Assembly: GCA_964525595.1 (NCBI GenBank)
Contig: CAZGHF010000001.1
Span: 29,509-93,508 of the forward strand
Direction of reading: 5' to 3'
Source of the DNA: an uncultured Candidatus Saccharibacteria bacterium
GTDB taxonomy: Bacteria > Patescibacteriota > Minisyncoccia > UBA6257 > GWB1-50-10
Length of the DNA: 64,000 nt
The translations under genes and the position numbers were made by a program. Numbering within the stretch: the first letter of the stretch is position 1; every line of letters starts with the position of its first letter. The notes under the pieces are model-generated. The model was not told the origin of the DNA, ran no database searches, and saw nothing but the letters and a program-made list of their open reading frames with translations. Shown here one piece after another: positions 19,035 to 28,904 of the stretch.

Positions 19035-19694
19035 TTAGGAGGTTTTCAGTTTTTCAAAGTCCTGAAATACGAAAAAAGAGACAAAAATAATAAAGATACC
19101 GGCATAAAGCAAACTGTTGTCGGGAAAGACAAGAATCAGGTAATTGAATATCGAGTGAACAAGTGTTGCGACAACTAAACCCAGGCCGACCCGCCTTTTC
19201 GCCCAATAGAACCCAAGAAATGCCGATGAGACAACATGAAGAAGAGTCGCGCCCACAAACCTCAGAATCAAAACGTTAAGTGTGGAAGAGAGAGATGCTA
19301 GGGAAATGTTATCAAGAACGCTACCAATAATGAAAAGATTCTCAACCATTGCAAAACCGAGTGCCGCCGCAATCATGTAAACCATCGCGTCAACGGGCTC
19401 GTCGAAAGAAGGGTTACGTCTTATTCCCAACCAGACAGCCAGAAATTTAAAAAGCTCCTCGCTAAAAGCCAGGAGAATCACAATCGGCAGATTCACGATA
19501 AGGACGTTCAGGACTTCCTGGATACCAATTTGAAGGAGGAGGGCGGGAACGGTTGAAAGAGCGCCGAGACTCAGAGCATAAAGGATAAGTTTTTTTGGTT
19601 CAGGATGAACGTCTTCCCTTAAGAAGAAAATAAGCCAGGCAAAACTTGGCAGAATTGCCCCGATTGTAATGAGAATCCCCGTAAGGAAGAACAT
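19035..19694 (-). CDS. PrsW family intramembrane metalloprotease
   Basis: HPEP, EELFK, FDEPVD, GFAMVEN, H..., HSIFN. Confidence 0.92.
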   Translation of the reverse strand: MFFLTGILITIGAILPSFAWLIFFLREDVHPEPKKLILYALSLGALSTVPALLLQIGIQEVLNVLIVNLPIVILLAFSEELFKFLAVWLGIRRNPSFDEPVDAMVYMIAAALGFAMVENLFIIGSVLDNISLASLSSTLNVLILRFVGATLLHVVSSAFLGFYWAKRRVGLGLVVATLVHSIFNYLILVFPDNSLLYAGIFIIFVSFFVFQDFEKLKTS

Positions 19695-19703
19695 TTCTTT
19701 ATG

Positions 19704-22241
19704 CTACCATTCTTCAACAAGAAGAAGCTTACTGTTTTGAGCGAAAACCTCCTGATAAATTTGTTCCGTAACGAAAGGCATAAACGGGTGAAGCATCTTA
19801 AGGGATTCCTTATAAATTGTCTCAAGAAGACAATAAGCACCCAGTTTATCTTCTTCACCGCCGTTTTTTAATCGTTCTTTTCTTTCTTCCAGAATATTAT
19901 TGGCAAACGTGTTCCAGAGGAAGTGATAAATCTTTTCGCAGGCGAGGTGGAGCTCAAAGTTTTCATAGTGTTTTGTAATTTCTTTTTTAATTTTCTCTAA
20001 TTCTTTTAACCTTTTTTTATCATCAGGTTTTAAAAATTTCTCACCATCCCCCTGCTTATAGTCGTTGGGTTTATTCATAAGCAAAAATCTTCCAACATTC
20101 CAGACTTTGTTGGCAAAGTGCTTATAAGCTTTTACTCTCTCTATCTGGAAAACCGGATCGTTGCCTATAGCTACCCCAGAGACAAGAGCCATTCTAAGAG
20201 CGTCGGCTCCATAGAGTTCAATCACTTCTCGTGGGTCACCGCCAATACCCGAAGACTTGCTGAACTTTCTTCCTTTTTCGTCTCGAACAATACCGTGCAT
20301 AAGCGCCGTTTTAAAAGGAATTTCGCCGAGAAGAAAACCGCTTAGGAAGATCATTCTTGAGATCCAAAGGTAGAGTATCTCATATCCTGGGCTCATTAGA
20401 TTGGTTGGGTGATAGGTTTTCAGGTCGTCCGTTTCCTCCGGCCAGCCTAGAGTTGAGAAGGTCCAGAGTCCACTGGAAAACCAAGTATCAAGCGTGTCAG
20501 GGTCCTGTGTGAGATTTTCGTTCCTGCCGCAGCTGAGGCATGCGGTGGGTTTGTCTTTTGAAACGACCAAATTACCACAGCCGTTTTTAGGCATCGTGGA
20601 GTCGAAGGTGTACGTATAGAGCCAAGCGGGGGTATTTTCCGTTATCTCTTTTTCCGGATAATGTCGCTTGAAAGCCACGATTAGTTCACCGCGGTTTTCG
20701 TACGTTTTCCAGTGCCGCTTGTCTTTGAGGTCTATCTCACCGACGGTCATTTTCAGAACCTCCGTTATCGTGCCGTATCCGAAAACGGTTCGTTTTGCGC
20801 TGTCCTCGAACGCGACTTTGTCACCCACTGCTAAACCATAGTCGCGCAGGCGGTAGGTAAGGGTTTTCTCGTTGAACACCTGTGGGACGACGTCGCCCGC
20901 AAAACCCATCCGCTTCATCGTTTGAGCCTTTTTACCGCAGTACCAAACGGGTATTCTGTGACCAAACCAAATTTGACGCGAGATACACCAATCACGGAGG
21001 TTATCGATCCAATGAAAGTAACGTTTCTCAAATTGCTCGGGTGTAATCTTTATCTGGCCACTTGAGATGGTTTTGCGCATTATCTCTTTTAGAGTTGTCT
21101 CGTTTTCTGCTCGGATTCCTTTGAGTTTGGAATTTTTAAGCTTAAATTTTTTATTTACATTCACAAACCACTGTTTCATAATCTGGGGCTCAATGACACC
21201 GTTGCCGCGAGAGTTCGTGGCAATGCGGTGGGTATAGTTTTCTTCAGTACGAACGAGAAGGCTTTTTTGTTTGAGTTTGGCAACAATACGCGACCGGGCC
21301 TCGGTAATGGATAATCCTTTAAATTCTTCGGCAATAGGAAGCAGTTTTCCTTCCAAGTCTATAATTTGTTCTTTCTCTAAGTTGTGCCTTTCCGCGATTT
21401 CAAAATCGGTATTATCGTGCCAGGGGGTGATGGTCATGACTCCAGTGCCGAATTCCATATCTATCACCTCATCTTTAATAATCGTGGCCGTAATTGGTCC
21501 GTTAATCCATTCAAGCTCAATTTTTTGGCCATGTTCATATTTTTCGTAACGTTTGTCTTTAGGATGCATTACTACGTACTTGTCACCAAATTTTGTCTCG
21601 GGCCGAGCTGTGCCGATTTCAAAAGGACCGTACTTTAAGTAATAAAAAGCTGTTTGTTCTTCAACCCACTCAATCTCGTCATCGGAAACAGTTGTTTGGC
21701 CTTTAGGGTCCCAGTTCACGATGCGGTGTCCTCGGTAGATAAGTCCGGCATCGTACATTTTTTTAAAAGCGGCATAAACCGCTTTAGCCCGCTTTTCGTC
21801 TAGTGTGAAAGCAAGTCGGCTCCAATCAAGTGAGACGCCCATTTTGCGGAGCTGTGTAAGAATCATATTTTGGCTTTCCAGGGCGAATTCCATAACACGC
21901 CGCAAAAGTTCTTCCCTGCCCAAATCGTGACGCGATTTTCCTTCTTCTTCATATATTTTTTTTTCCACTTTGGCTTGAGTAGCAATGGCGGCATGATCGG
22001 TTCCGGGTACCCAGAGAGTTTTTTTCCCGCGCATTCTTTCAAATCGTACGAGAATGTCTTGAAGAGTGGTTTCGTAAGCTTGCCCAATGTGGAGAGTGCC
22101 GGTTACGTTCGGAGGAGGCAGAGCTATAGAAAAAGTTTCTTTTCTCTCTCCCGGCAGTTTGTCGGGTGCGAAATAACCCGATTTCTCCCACATCCGGTAA
22201 ATTTTATCTTCTAATTCAAGATGATTGAAATTTTTGTCCAT
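19704..22241 (-). CDS. valS: valine--tRNA ligase (internal insertion, no C-terminal coiled coil)
   Basis: PPPNVTGTLHIG, DWCISRQIWFGH, DTWFSS, KFSKS. Confidence 0.96.
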   Translation of the reverse strand: MDKNFNHLELEDKIYRMWEKSGYFAPDKLPGERKETFSIALPPPNVTGTLHIGQAYETTLQDILVRFERMRGKKTLWVPGTDHAAIATQAKVEKKIYEEEGKSRHDLGREELLRRVMEFALESQNMILTQLRKMGVSLDWSRLAFTLDEKRAKAVYAAFKKMYDAGLIYRGHRIVNWDPKGQTTVSDDEIEWVEEQTAFYYLKYGPFEIGTARPETKFGDKYVVMHPKDKRYEKYEHGQKIELEWINGPITATIIKDEVIDMEFGTGVMTITPWHDNTDFEIAERHNLEKEQIIDLEGKLLPIAEEFKGLSITEARSRIVAKLKQKSLLVRTEENYTHRIATNSRGNGVIEPQIMKQWFVNVNKKFKLKNSKLKGIRAENETTLKEIMRKTISSGQIKITPEQFEKRYFHWIDNLRDWCISRQIWFGHRIPVWYCGKKAQTMKRMGFAGDVVPQVFNEKTLTYRLRDYGLAVGDKVAFEDSAKRTVFGYGTITEVLKMTVGEIDLKDKRHWKTYENRGELIVAFKRHYPEKEITENTPAWLYTYTFDSTMPKNGCGNLVVSKDKPTACLSCGRNENLTQDPDTLDTWFSSGLWTFSTLGWPEETDDLKTYHPTNLMSPGYEILYLWISRMIFLSGFLLGEIPFKTALMHGIVRDEKGRKFSKSSGIGGDPREVIELYGADALRMALVSGVAIGNDPVFQIERVKAYKHFANKVWNVGRFLLMNKPNDYKQGDGEKFLKPDDKKRLKELEKIKKEITKHYENFELHLACEKIYHFLWNTFANNILEERKERLKNGGEEDKLGAYCLLETIYKESLKMLHPFMPFVTEQIYQEVFAQNSKLLLVEEW

Positions 22242-22255
22242 GACCCCTTTGGATA

Positions 22256-23296
22256 TTATAGATTCAAATTTGCCTGGGCGCGAATGAAGCGTTTCTTTTT
22301 TTTCAGATACTGGATATAACCGGCAACGGCGATGATTGTGGCGTTGTCGGTGTTGAACTTTTTGGGCGATACGAGAAATTTAACGTTTAACTTCTTACAT
22401 TTAACCCTTAACTCCCGGCGTAATGCGTTGTTTGAGGCTACGCCGCCGGAGAGCATAACTGATTTCACACCGAATTCTTCAGCGGCTCGCATTGTTTTAG
22501 AAACAAGAGTCTCAATAGCCGCTCTTTGGAACGCGGCGGCAACGTTAGCCTTTTTAATTCTTTTGTGGTCGCGGAGATAGTAGAGAACGGAAGTCTTCAG
22601 TCCCGAGAAACTAAAGTCATAATTTTTGGAGTTTATCATTGGTCTTGGAAAGTCTATTGAAGTTGGGTTTCCATGACCGGAAAGTTTCTCAAGCTCCGGT
22701 CCGCCGGGATAAGGGAGACCGAGCATCCGGGCAACTTTATCAAAAGCCTCGCCGGCAGCATCATCCCGGGTTTCGCCAAGTTTTTCCCAATCAGTCATTG
22801 ATTTCATTAAAACCAAAATTGTGTGTCCGCCTGAAACCAGAAGGTGGATTGCCGGAAAAACGTTTAAAGCTTGGCCTTTGATACTTGACCCGCGGGCAAG
22901 AAGAAAACTGTATAAGTGACCCTCCAAGTGATTAACGCCTATCAACTCGGCGGTCGATTGTTTGTTTTTGATTGTCAATTGTTGGTGTGTTTCTTTGGCA
23001 AAGTTGACGCCGGCCCAAAGCGCCGGCTCAAGCCCCGGCCCTACTGTTACGGTGATTAAGTCAGGATTTAGAGCAGAAGACTTGGGACTTAGTTTTTTTA
23101 AAAGGACTGGCAAATTTTTTAGGTGTTCGCGTTTGGCGAGGTTTGGCACTACACCGCCAAAAGGGGCGTGAACTTTAATTTGTGACGAGACCAGGTTTTT
23201 GATGATTTTAAATTTGGGCGTTCTCAATCCGCCGCTTGCCTCCAAGAGCGTTATTCCTGTTTCATCGCAGGAAGTTTCAATTGCCAATATTCTCAT
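22256..23296 (-). CDS. tsaD: tRNA N6-adenosine threonylcarbamoyltransferase
   Basis: IETSCDET, NHLEGH, VSGGHT, GEAFDKVAR.LGL.YPGGP, TDNA. Confidence 0.96.
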   Translation of the reverse strand: MRILAIETSCDETGITLLEASGGLRTPKFKIIKNLVSSQIKVHAPFGGVVPNLAKREHLKNLPVLLKKLSPKSSALNPDLITVTVGPGLEPALWAGVNFAKETHQQLTIKNKQSTAELIGVNHLEGHLYSFLLARGSSIKGQALNVFPAIHLLVSGGHTILVLMKSMTDWEKLGETRDDAAGEAFDKVARMLGLPYPGGPELEKLSGHGNPTSIDFPRPMINSKNYDFSFSGLKTSVLYYLRDHKRIKKANVAAAFQRAAIETLVSKTMRAAEEFGVKSVMLSGGVASNNALRRELRVKCKKLNVKFLVSPKKFNTDNATIIAVAGYIQYLKKKKRFIRAQANLNL

Positions 23297-23375
23297 GATT
23301 GTTATAATATAATTGAAATTTCGTTAATTTCAAAAGTCGTTTTTCGCATATTCTAAGTTACTAGTTACTTAAGTC

Positions 23376-23786
23376 ATGATTCAGCCGTTTTTAGTTTTCA
23401 GCAGTTTCAGCATCCTGGTTTTAAGGGTAGTTTTGGGAATTATCATGGTCGTTCATGGTCTTCCTAAGATTAAGAACTTGAAGGGAGCGGCCGCCGGTTT
23501 CGAGAAAATGGGTTTCAAGCCCGGTAATTTTTGGGCGGTAATCGCCATTTTTGTGGAGCTTGTGGGGGGCTTAGGATTAATCCTCGGTTTTCTTACCCAG
23601 TTTTTTGCTCTTCTTATAGCTCTTCAGTTTGCTGTGATTCTTATAAAGTTTAAGTTAAGACCTGGTTCTTGTCTTGCCGACGGTTATGAATTTGACCTTT
23701 TGATTTTTGCCGCTGCCCTTGCTCTTGCAACTTTGGGGAGCGGCGCTCTTAGCCTTGATAGTTATCTTGGGTTAATAATTTATTGA
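23376..23786 (+). CDS. DoxX family membrane protein
   Basis: LRVVLG...HGLPK, EL.GG...ILG, GYEF.L, G.GALSLD. Confidence 0.92.
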   Translation: MIQPFLVFSSFSILVLRVVLGIIMVVHGLPKIKNLKGAAAGFEKMGFKPGNFWAVIAIFVELVGGLGLILGFLTQFFALLIALQFAVILIKFKLRPGSCLADGYEFDLLIFAAALALATLGSGALSLDSYLGLIIY

Positions 23787-24304
23787 TGCGTGAACATTTT
23801 ACCGAAGCTGTCGTTTTGGGGACCACCCCCCTCGGTCTCTCTGATCGGGTTGTTAATTTATATACCAGAGATTTTGGCCGGTTGGAGGCTAAAGTCGTGG
23901 CAGCAAGAAAAATAACTTCAAAACTTTCTCCTCACCTTGAAGAGGGAAATCTCATAGAAACGCGTCTTGTCGAAAAAAAACGTTTTATTGTAACCGACGC
24001 CGTTTTAAAAAAAAGGTTCACGAAAAACATCCAGGTTTTTGAAGTTTTGTTTTTACTTAAATCTCTCCTGCCGGAACTTGTTCCCGATTTGAGATTATGG
24101 CACGGTCTTATTCAAAGCCTTCAGAAAGAGAGCATGGACAAAAAAATTTTTCTTAAACTTCTTGGTTATAATGCTGTTTTTGCAAGCTGTGAAAGTTGTG
24201 GGAGTCGCCAAATAAACTATTTTTCGATTCTGGACCAGGTCTTTTTGTGTCATCGATGTTTCAGGAACATGTCGTCCCTTAAATTTAAGGTAATTTCTAT
24301 ATAA
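23783..24304 (+). CDS. recO: DNA repair protein RecO (short)
   Basis: T.AVVL...D..V.LYT..FG......ARKI.SKL; C-terminal CxxC...CxxC. Confidence 0.8.
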   Translation: MMREHFTEAVVLGTTPLGLSDRVVNLYTRDFGRLEAKVVAARKITSKLSPHLEEGNLIETRLVEKKRFIVTDAVLKKRFTKNIQVFEVLFLLKSLLPELVPDLRLWHGLIQSLQKESMDKKIFLKLLGYNAVFASCESCGSRQINYFSILDQVFLCHRCFRNMSSLKFKVISI

Positions 24305-24311
24305 TTTAGTT

Positions 24312-26117
24312 ATGACTAAAACCCGAGAAAAATCTAAAACAAAAACGAAGAAAACAAAGTCAAAGCCGAAAATAAGAGAAGCTCAAAAGATTAACGTGCC
24401 AGTTTGGTTCGGGAAGCTCGTCTTTGCAGCTTCGGTGGCCATTGTTCTTATTATTCTCGCCGCTACCGTGTTCTTCGTAAATTTTTTCAGGAGCGGAGGC
24501 AACGTCGTGGTTGAATTGGAGGGACCGGATGAAGTTTTAAGAGGCGTTCCTTTTGAGGTGGACGTAAGCATAAGCAATGAGACAGATTCGCTTGTGACCG
24601 GCGCCGAGCTTATAGTTTCTCCCGGTGAAGGAATCAGGAACTTGGGGAATCTGGACGGAAACGGGGCTTTTAATGACCAGATCGGCGATTTGGGAGAAGG
24701 CAGTCTTGCAAAAAGAACTTACCGATTTTTGGCAATTTCTTCTGACGGCGAAGGAGAAATTGCTTTTAATCTTTCTTATTTTTCGTCCCACAATAAAAAT
24801 TTCGAAACAAAAGCAATTCGGAAAATAAAAATAGGCGGTTCAGCCGTTGAAGTTGAGGTTCAGAAACCTGAACAAATTTTGCCCGGTTCGGTCTTTGAAA
24901 TTAATATTCAATACGAGAATAATTCCGACTTCGATTTGCCGGAGGCGATTCTGGAAGTAGAGTACCCATCTTCTTTCAGGTTTAGAGACGCGAGTCTGAG
25001 GCCTGACTCTCTGAATAATTATTGGCGGCTTGGCGAATTAAGGAGCAAGTCGAGCGGCAGTCTGAAAATCAGAGGAGTGCTTGATAGCGGCGGCAGCAGC
25101 TCTTTTGTCATGCCTGTCATTCTTAGCGCGGGATTTTTGGGCGAAATTTTTCCCGTTACAGAAGAACTGGTGGAGCTTACTGTTTCGCCTTCGCCGGTGG
25201 GCTTGGAAATATTCGTTAACCGCAGGGAGAACTACGTTGCAAGAATTGGTGACCGCTTAACCTATACAATTCGATATGAGAATTCAAGCGGCATAGCTCT
25301 TACTGATGTCGTGATAAAAGCGGAATTAACCGGCGAACTTTACGATTTTTCCGGTCTTTCTTCGAATGGGAATGTTAATCTTGGCGCCCGAACCGTTACT
25401 TGGGACGTTTCTAACCTTCCGGTTTTAAGGTTAGTTGATGCCGGAGTCTTGGGTGAAGTTAATTTCGAGGTAAAAATAGAAGACCAATTCCCGATAAGTC
25501 GTCTGAACGACAAAAACTTCTCTCTCAATTTGCGGGCTGAAATCACTTCGCCCTCAGTGCCTTATTATCTTTCCGCCTCCGAAACGAGAGCTGAGGCGGT
25601 TTTGGAAACTAAAGTAGCCGGTTTGGTTCGGGTTGATGCACAGGCTTTTTATCGCGACACCTTATCAAAAGTGGTAAATGACGGTCCGGTACCGCCCAAA
25701 GTGGGAGAGCCTACGGAATACACTATTCACTGGTTCATTAGGAATTACGGAACGGATGTAAGCAACACCTCTGTAAAGGCATACCTTCCCCAAAACGTGA
25801 GATGGACCGGGATTGTAAAAAGTAATACCGAGACCGTTCCGCTTTACAACGAAGAGACCCGGGAAGTTGTCTGGAACATTGGCAAAATTCGGGCAACCAA
25901 AGGGGTTTTGGACGCGCCGCTCGCTGCTGTTTTCCAGATTGAAGGAACTCCCGCTCAGTCCGATTTGGGTAATTTCCAAAATCTTATCTCGGCAACAATT
26001 CTCTTGGCGACGGACGACTTTACCGGCTTGAAACTCACCGGCTCCGACGTTGCTTTAAACACTTCTTTGCCTGATGATGTAACTGTAGGCGAGAGCGGCG
26101 GCAGAGTTTTTCCTTAA
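24312..26117 (+). CDS. membrane-anchored protein with repeated Ig-like/DUF11-type domains
   Basis: Basic N-terminus, TM helix, repeated GD.LTYTI.Y.N...L..V beta-sandwich motifs. Confidence 0.7.
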   Translation: MTKTREKSKTKTKKTKSKPKIREAQKINVPVWFGKLVFAASVAIVLIILAATVFFVNFFRSGGNVVVELEGPDEVLRGVPFEVDVSISNETDSLVTGAELIVSPGEGIRNLGNLDGNGAFNDQIGDLGEGSLAKRTYRFLAISSDGEGEIAFNLSYFSSHNKNFETKAIRKIKIGGSAVEVEVQKPEQILPGSVFEINIQYENNSDFDLPEAILEVEYPSSFRFRDASLRPDSLNNYWRLGELRSKSSGSLKIRGVLDSGGSSSFVMPVILSAGFLGEIFPVTEELVELTVSPSPVGLEIFVNRRENYVARIGDRLTYTIRYENSSGIALTDVVIKAELTGELYDFSGLSSNGNVNLGARTVTWDVSNLPVLRLVDAGVLGEVNFEVKIEDQFPISRLNDKNFSLNLRAEITSPSVPYYLSASETRAEAVLETKVAGLVRVDAQAFYRDTLSKVVNDGPVPPKVGEPTEYTIHWFIRNYGTDVSNTSVKAYLPQNVRWTGIVKSNTETVPLYNEETREVVWNIGKIRATKGVLDAPLAAVFQIEGTPAQSDLGNFQNLISATILLATDDFTGLKLTGSDVALNTSLPDDVTVGESGGRVFP

Positions 26118-26123
26118 AATATT

Positions 26124-27383
26124 ATGGTAACACTTGAGAAAATAGTTTCGCTGGCTAAAAGGCGGGGATTCGTTTATCCCGGCTCGGAGATTTATGGTGG
26201 GCTTGCCGGAGTGTGGGACTTGGGACCATTGGGAGTCGAACTTACCCACAATATTAAGGATCTTTGGTGGGAACATTTTGTAAGGAATCATGATGAAATG
26301 TACGGACTTCAATCAAGTGTTCTGATGCCCGAGCCGGTTTGGAAAGCTTCAGGGCACGTAGAAGGATTCACCGATCCTCTGGTGGAATGTAAGAAATGCA
26401 GAAAGAGATTTAAAGAAGACGATTTCACCGGCAAGAAATGTCCGGAGTGCGGCGGGGAGTTATCCAAACCGAAGCAATTTAATATGATGTTTAAAACTGA
26501 AGATGCTTATTTAAGACCGGAGATTGCTCAGGGAATGTTTGTTAATTTTAAAAACGTTTTGGATACCATGCATCCTGCATTTCCTTTCGGTATCGCTCAA
26601 ATCGGACGTGCCTTCAGAAACGAGATTTCCCCTCGGGAATTTATTTTTCGTGTCCGGGAATTCGATCTTATGGAATTTGAATATTTTGTTAGGGAACCGG
26701 AATGGAAGAAACATTTTGAGAAATGGAGGAAAGAAATTTGGAGTTGGATAGAAAACGTTGGCATTGATAAGAAAAAAGTTCACGAATTCGAAGTCCCCAA
26801 AAAAGAACGAGCCCATTATTCGGAACGCACCGTCGATTTTGAATTCGATTATCCCTTCGGCCGCAAGGAATTGTACGGCCTTGCCTATCGCGGCGATTAC
26901 GACCTGAAACGTCACATAGAGCACTCCGGCGTTGACCTTCGCTACACCGATCCGGTCTCCGGCGAGAAATTTATTCCCCACGTGGTAGAGCCGACGTTTG
27001 GTCTCGGGCGAACCCTGCTCGCGGTTCTTTTATCCGTCTATCGGGAGGATGGCGACCGGGTTTTTCTCTCGCTCCCTTCCAAAATTTCCCCCTACAAAGC
27101 CGCCGTTTTTCCGCTTTTAGCCAATAAACCCGAACTGGTGAAACTGGCGAGGTCAATTTATGACGATTTGAAAAAAGATTTCGTCGTCGCTTGGGATAAC
27201 CGCGGCAATATCGGCAAGCGCTATTACAGCCAGGATGAAATTGGTACACCTTACTGCATCACTGTTGATTTTGAAAGCTTGGAAGACAAAAGCGTTACCG
27301 TCCGCGACCGCGATTCGGCGAAACAGACAAGGGTAAAAATCGGCGAACTCTCAAAGTACCTCGAAGAAAAACTCAAATCTTAA
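26124..27383 (+). CDS. glyQS: glycine--tRNA ligase (alpha2 type)
   Basis: KRRGFVYPGSEIYGG, LRPE.AQG, FRNEISP, R.REF..ME.E, GNIGKRY..QDEIGTP. Confidence 0.95.
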   Translation: MVTLEKIVSLAKRRGFVYPGSEIYGGLAGVWDLGPLGVELTHNIKDLWWEHFVRNHDEMYGLQSSVLMPEPVWKASGHVEGFTDPLVECKKCRKRFKEDDFTGKKCPECGGELSKPKQFNMMFKTEDAYLRPEIAQGMFVNFKNVLDTMHPAFPFGIAQIGRAFRNEISPREFIFRVREFDLMEFEYFVREPEWKKHFEKWRKEIWSWIENVGIDKKKVHEFEVPKKERAHYSERTVDFEFDYPFGRKELYGLAYRGDYDLKRHIEHSGVDLRYTDPVSGEKFIPHVVEPTFGLGRTLLAVLLSVYREDGDRVFLSLPSKISPYKAAVFPLLANKPELVKLARSIYDDLKKDFVVAWDNRGNIGKRYYSQDEIGTPYCITVDFESLEDKSVTVRDRDSAKQTRVKIGELSKYLEEKLKS

Positions 27384-27397
27384 GAGTGAAGGAAAAA

Positions 27398-27441
27398 TAG
27401 TTGCCCTATATTTTAATACGTATTAAAATATAGGGCAACTA
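27398..27441. repeat. 44-bp perfect palindrome upstream of AbrB-like gene 1
   Basis: TAGTTGCCCTATATTTTAATAC|GTATTAAAATATAGGGCAACTA. Confidence 0.92.
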
Positions 27442-27456
27442 AGCTGTAATAATTTT

Positions 27457-27633
27457 ATGGGTAGACGGAGAACTTCTGAAGAAAATATCAGAAAAATACA
27501 AAAAGTGAGCCGGAGTTATTACGTTACGATTCCGATTTCATTCATCCGCGAGTTTGGCTGGCGGGAAGGACAAAAACTTGTGGTTGAGAAAAATAAAAAA
27601 GGCGAAATCATTATTAAGGACTGGAAGCCATAA
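27457..27633 (+). CDS. AbrB/MazE/SpoVT-like DNA-binding protein, copy 1 (58 aa)
   Basis: Manual translation MGRRRTSEENIRKIQKVSRSYYVTIPISFIREFGWREGQKLVVEKNKKGEIIIKDWKP; TAATG overlap with the next gene. Confidence 0.85.
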   Translation: MGRRRTSEENIRKIQKVSRSYYVTIPISFIREFGWREGQKLVVEKNKKGEIIIKDWKP

Positions 27634-28904
27634 TGAACATCCCTTTTAAAAGAATCGTTCTCCCGAACGGCATGCGGCTTGTGCTGGTGTCTAAGCCCGA
27701 CAGTTTGGCGACGACAATCACCGTTTCCGTTGAGGCTGGTTCCAAATACGAAACTAAGGACAAAAACGGCCTTTCTCATTTTCTGGAGCACATGTGTTTC
27801 AAGGGCACGAAAAAGAGACCGAGAGCGATTGATATTTCCTCCGAGCTCGACGGGATGGGAGCAAATTTCAATGCCTTCACTTCTCAGGAGATGACTTCTT
27901 ATTACATAAAAGCCAGAAACGAGTCACTGGACAAAGTGATGGATGTTATTGCCGACATGTACCTGAATCCGGTTTTTAATGAGAATGAAATTGAAAAAGA
28001 GCGGGGCGTGATTATTGAAGAGATAAACATGTATGAAGATACGCCTCGGCGAAGAGTCCAGGAGCTTTTTATGACTCTCGTCTACGGTGACCAGCCGGCT
28101 GGATGGGACATTGCCGGCCGGAAGGAAGTGATTCGGAAGCTGAATCGCGACGACTTCATTAAATACCGGGAGGCTCATTATGTTGGTCAGGCAACGGCAG
28201 TTGTAATCGCCGGCGGTTTTGAAGAAGAGAATATTGACAGAAAAATCGGGGATTATTTTGCCGGGCTTTTGCAGGGAGAGAAATCGTCGAAGATAGCGGT
28301 CAAAGAAGAGCAAACAGAACCTGCCGAACTTGTGAAACATAAGGACTCCGACCAGACTCACCTTGTTTTGGGTTTGCGGGCATTTGGTATTTTTGACGAA
28401 CGCCGCTATATCCTTGAGGTTCTCTCTGACATCTTGGGCGGCGGGATGTCATCGCGACTTTTTCAAAAAATTCGAGAGGAGCTTGGGGCGGCTTACTACG
28501 TCCAAGCCGGGACAGATCTTTATTCCGACCACGGACTTGTCTCAATGATGGCCGGCGTTGACCACAAAAAAATAGAGATGGTGATTAGCGCTGCCATAGA
28601 AGAGTTTAACCGTTTCAGGAGTGAGGAGGTTGACAAAGGAGAACTGGAACGGGCCAAGGAACATTTGGTCGGTAATCTCTTTTTGTCGCTTGAGACCTCT
28701 GATGAACTGGCTTTCTATTACGCTTTTCAGGAAATTCAGAAACTCCCGCTTATAACCCCCGAGGAATTAGCTCGTAAGATAAAAGCAGTAACCTCTGAGG
28801 AAATCAAAGCGGTGGCAGAAGACTTGTTTAAAAACGAGAGTTTAAACCTGGCGGTTATCGGTCCTTTCAAAGAAAAATCCTTTAGTGATATACTAAAGAT
28901 GTAA
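27633..28904 (+). CDS. M16 (pitrilysin) family zinc peptidase
   Basis: HFLEHMCFKGT inverted zinc motif, NAFTS, LGGGMSSRLF. Confidence 0.95.
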   Translation: MNIPFKRIVLPNGMRLVLVSKPDSLATTITVSVEAGSKYETKDKNGLSHFLEHMCFKGTKKRPRAIDISSELDGMGANFNAFTSQEMTSYYIKARNESLDKVMDVIADMYLNPVFNENEIEKERGVIIEEINMYEDTPRRRVQELFMTLVYGDQPAGWDIAGRKEVIRKLNRDDFIKYREAHYVGQATAVVIAGGFEEENIDRKIGDYFAGLLQGEKSSKIAVKEEQTEPAELVKHKDSDQTHLVLGLRAFGIFDERRYILEVLSDILGGGMSSRLFQKIREELGAAYYVQAGTDLYSDHGLVSMMAGVDHKKIEMVISAAIEEFNRFRSEEVDKGELERAKEHLVGNLFLSLETSDELAFYYAFQEIQKLPLITPEELARKIKAVTSEEIKAVAEDLFKNESLNLAVIGPFKEKSFSDILKM

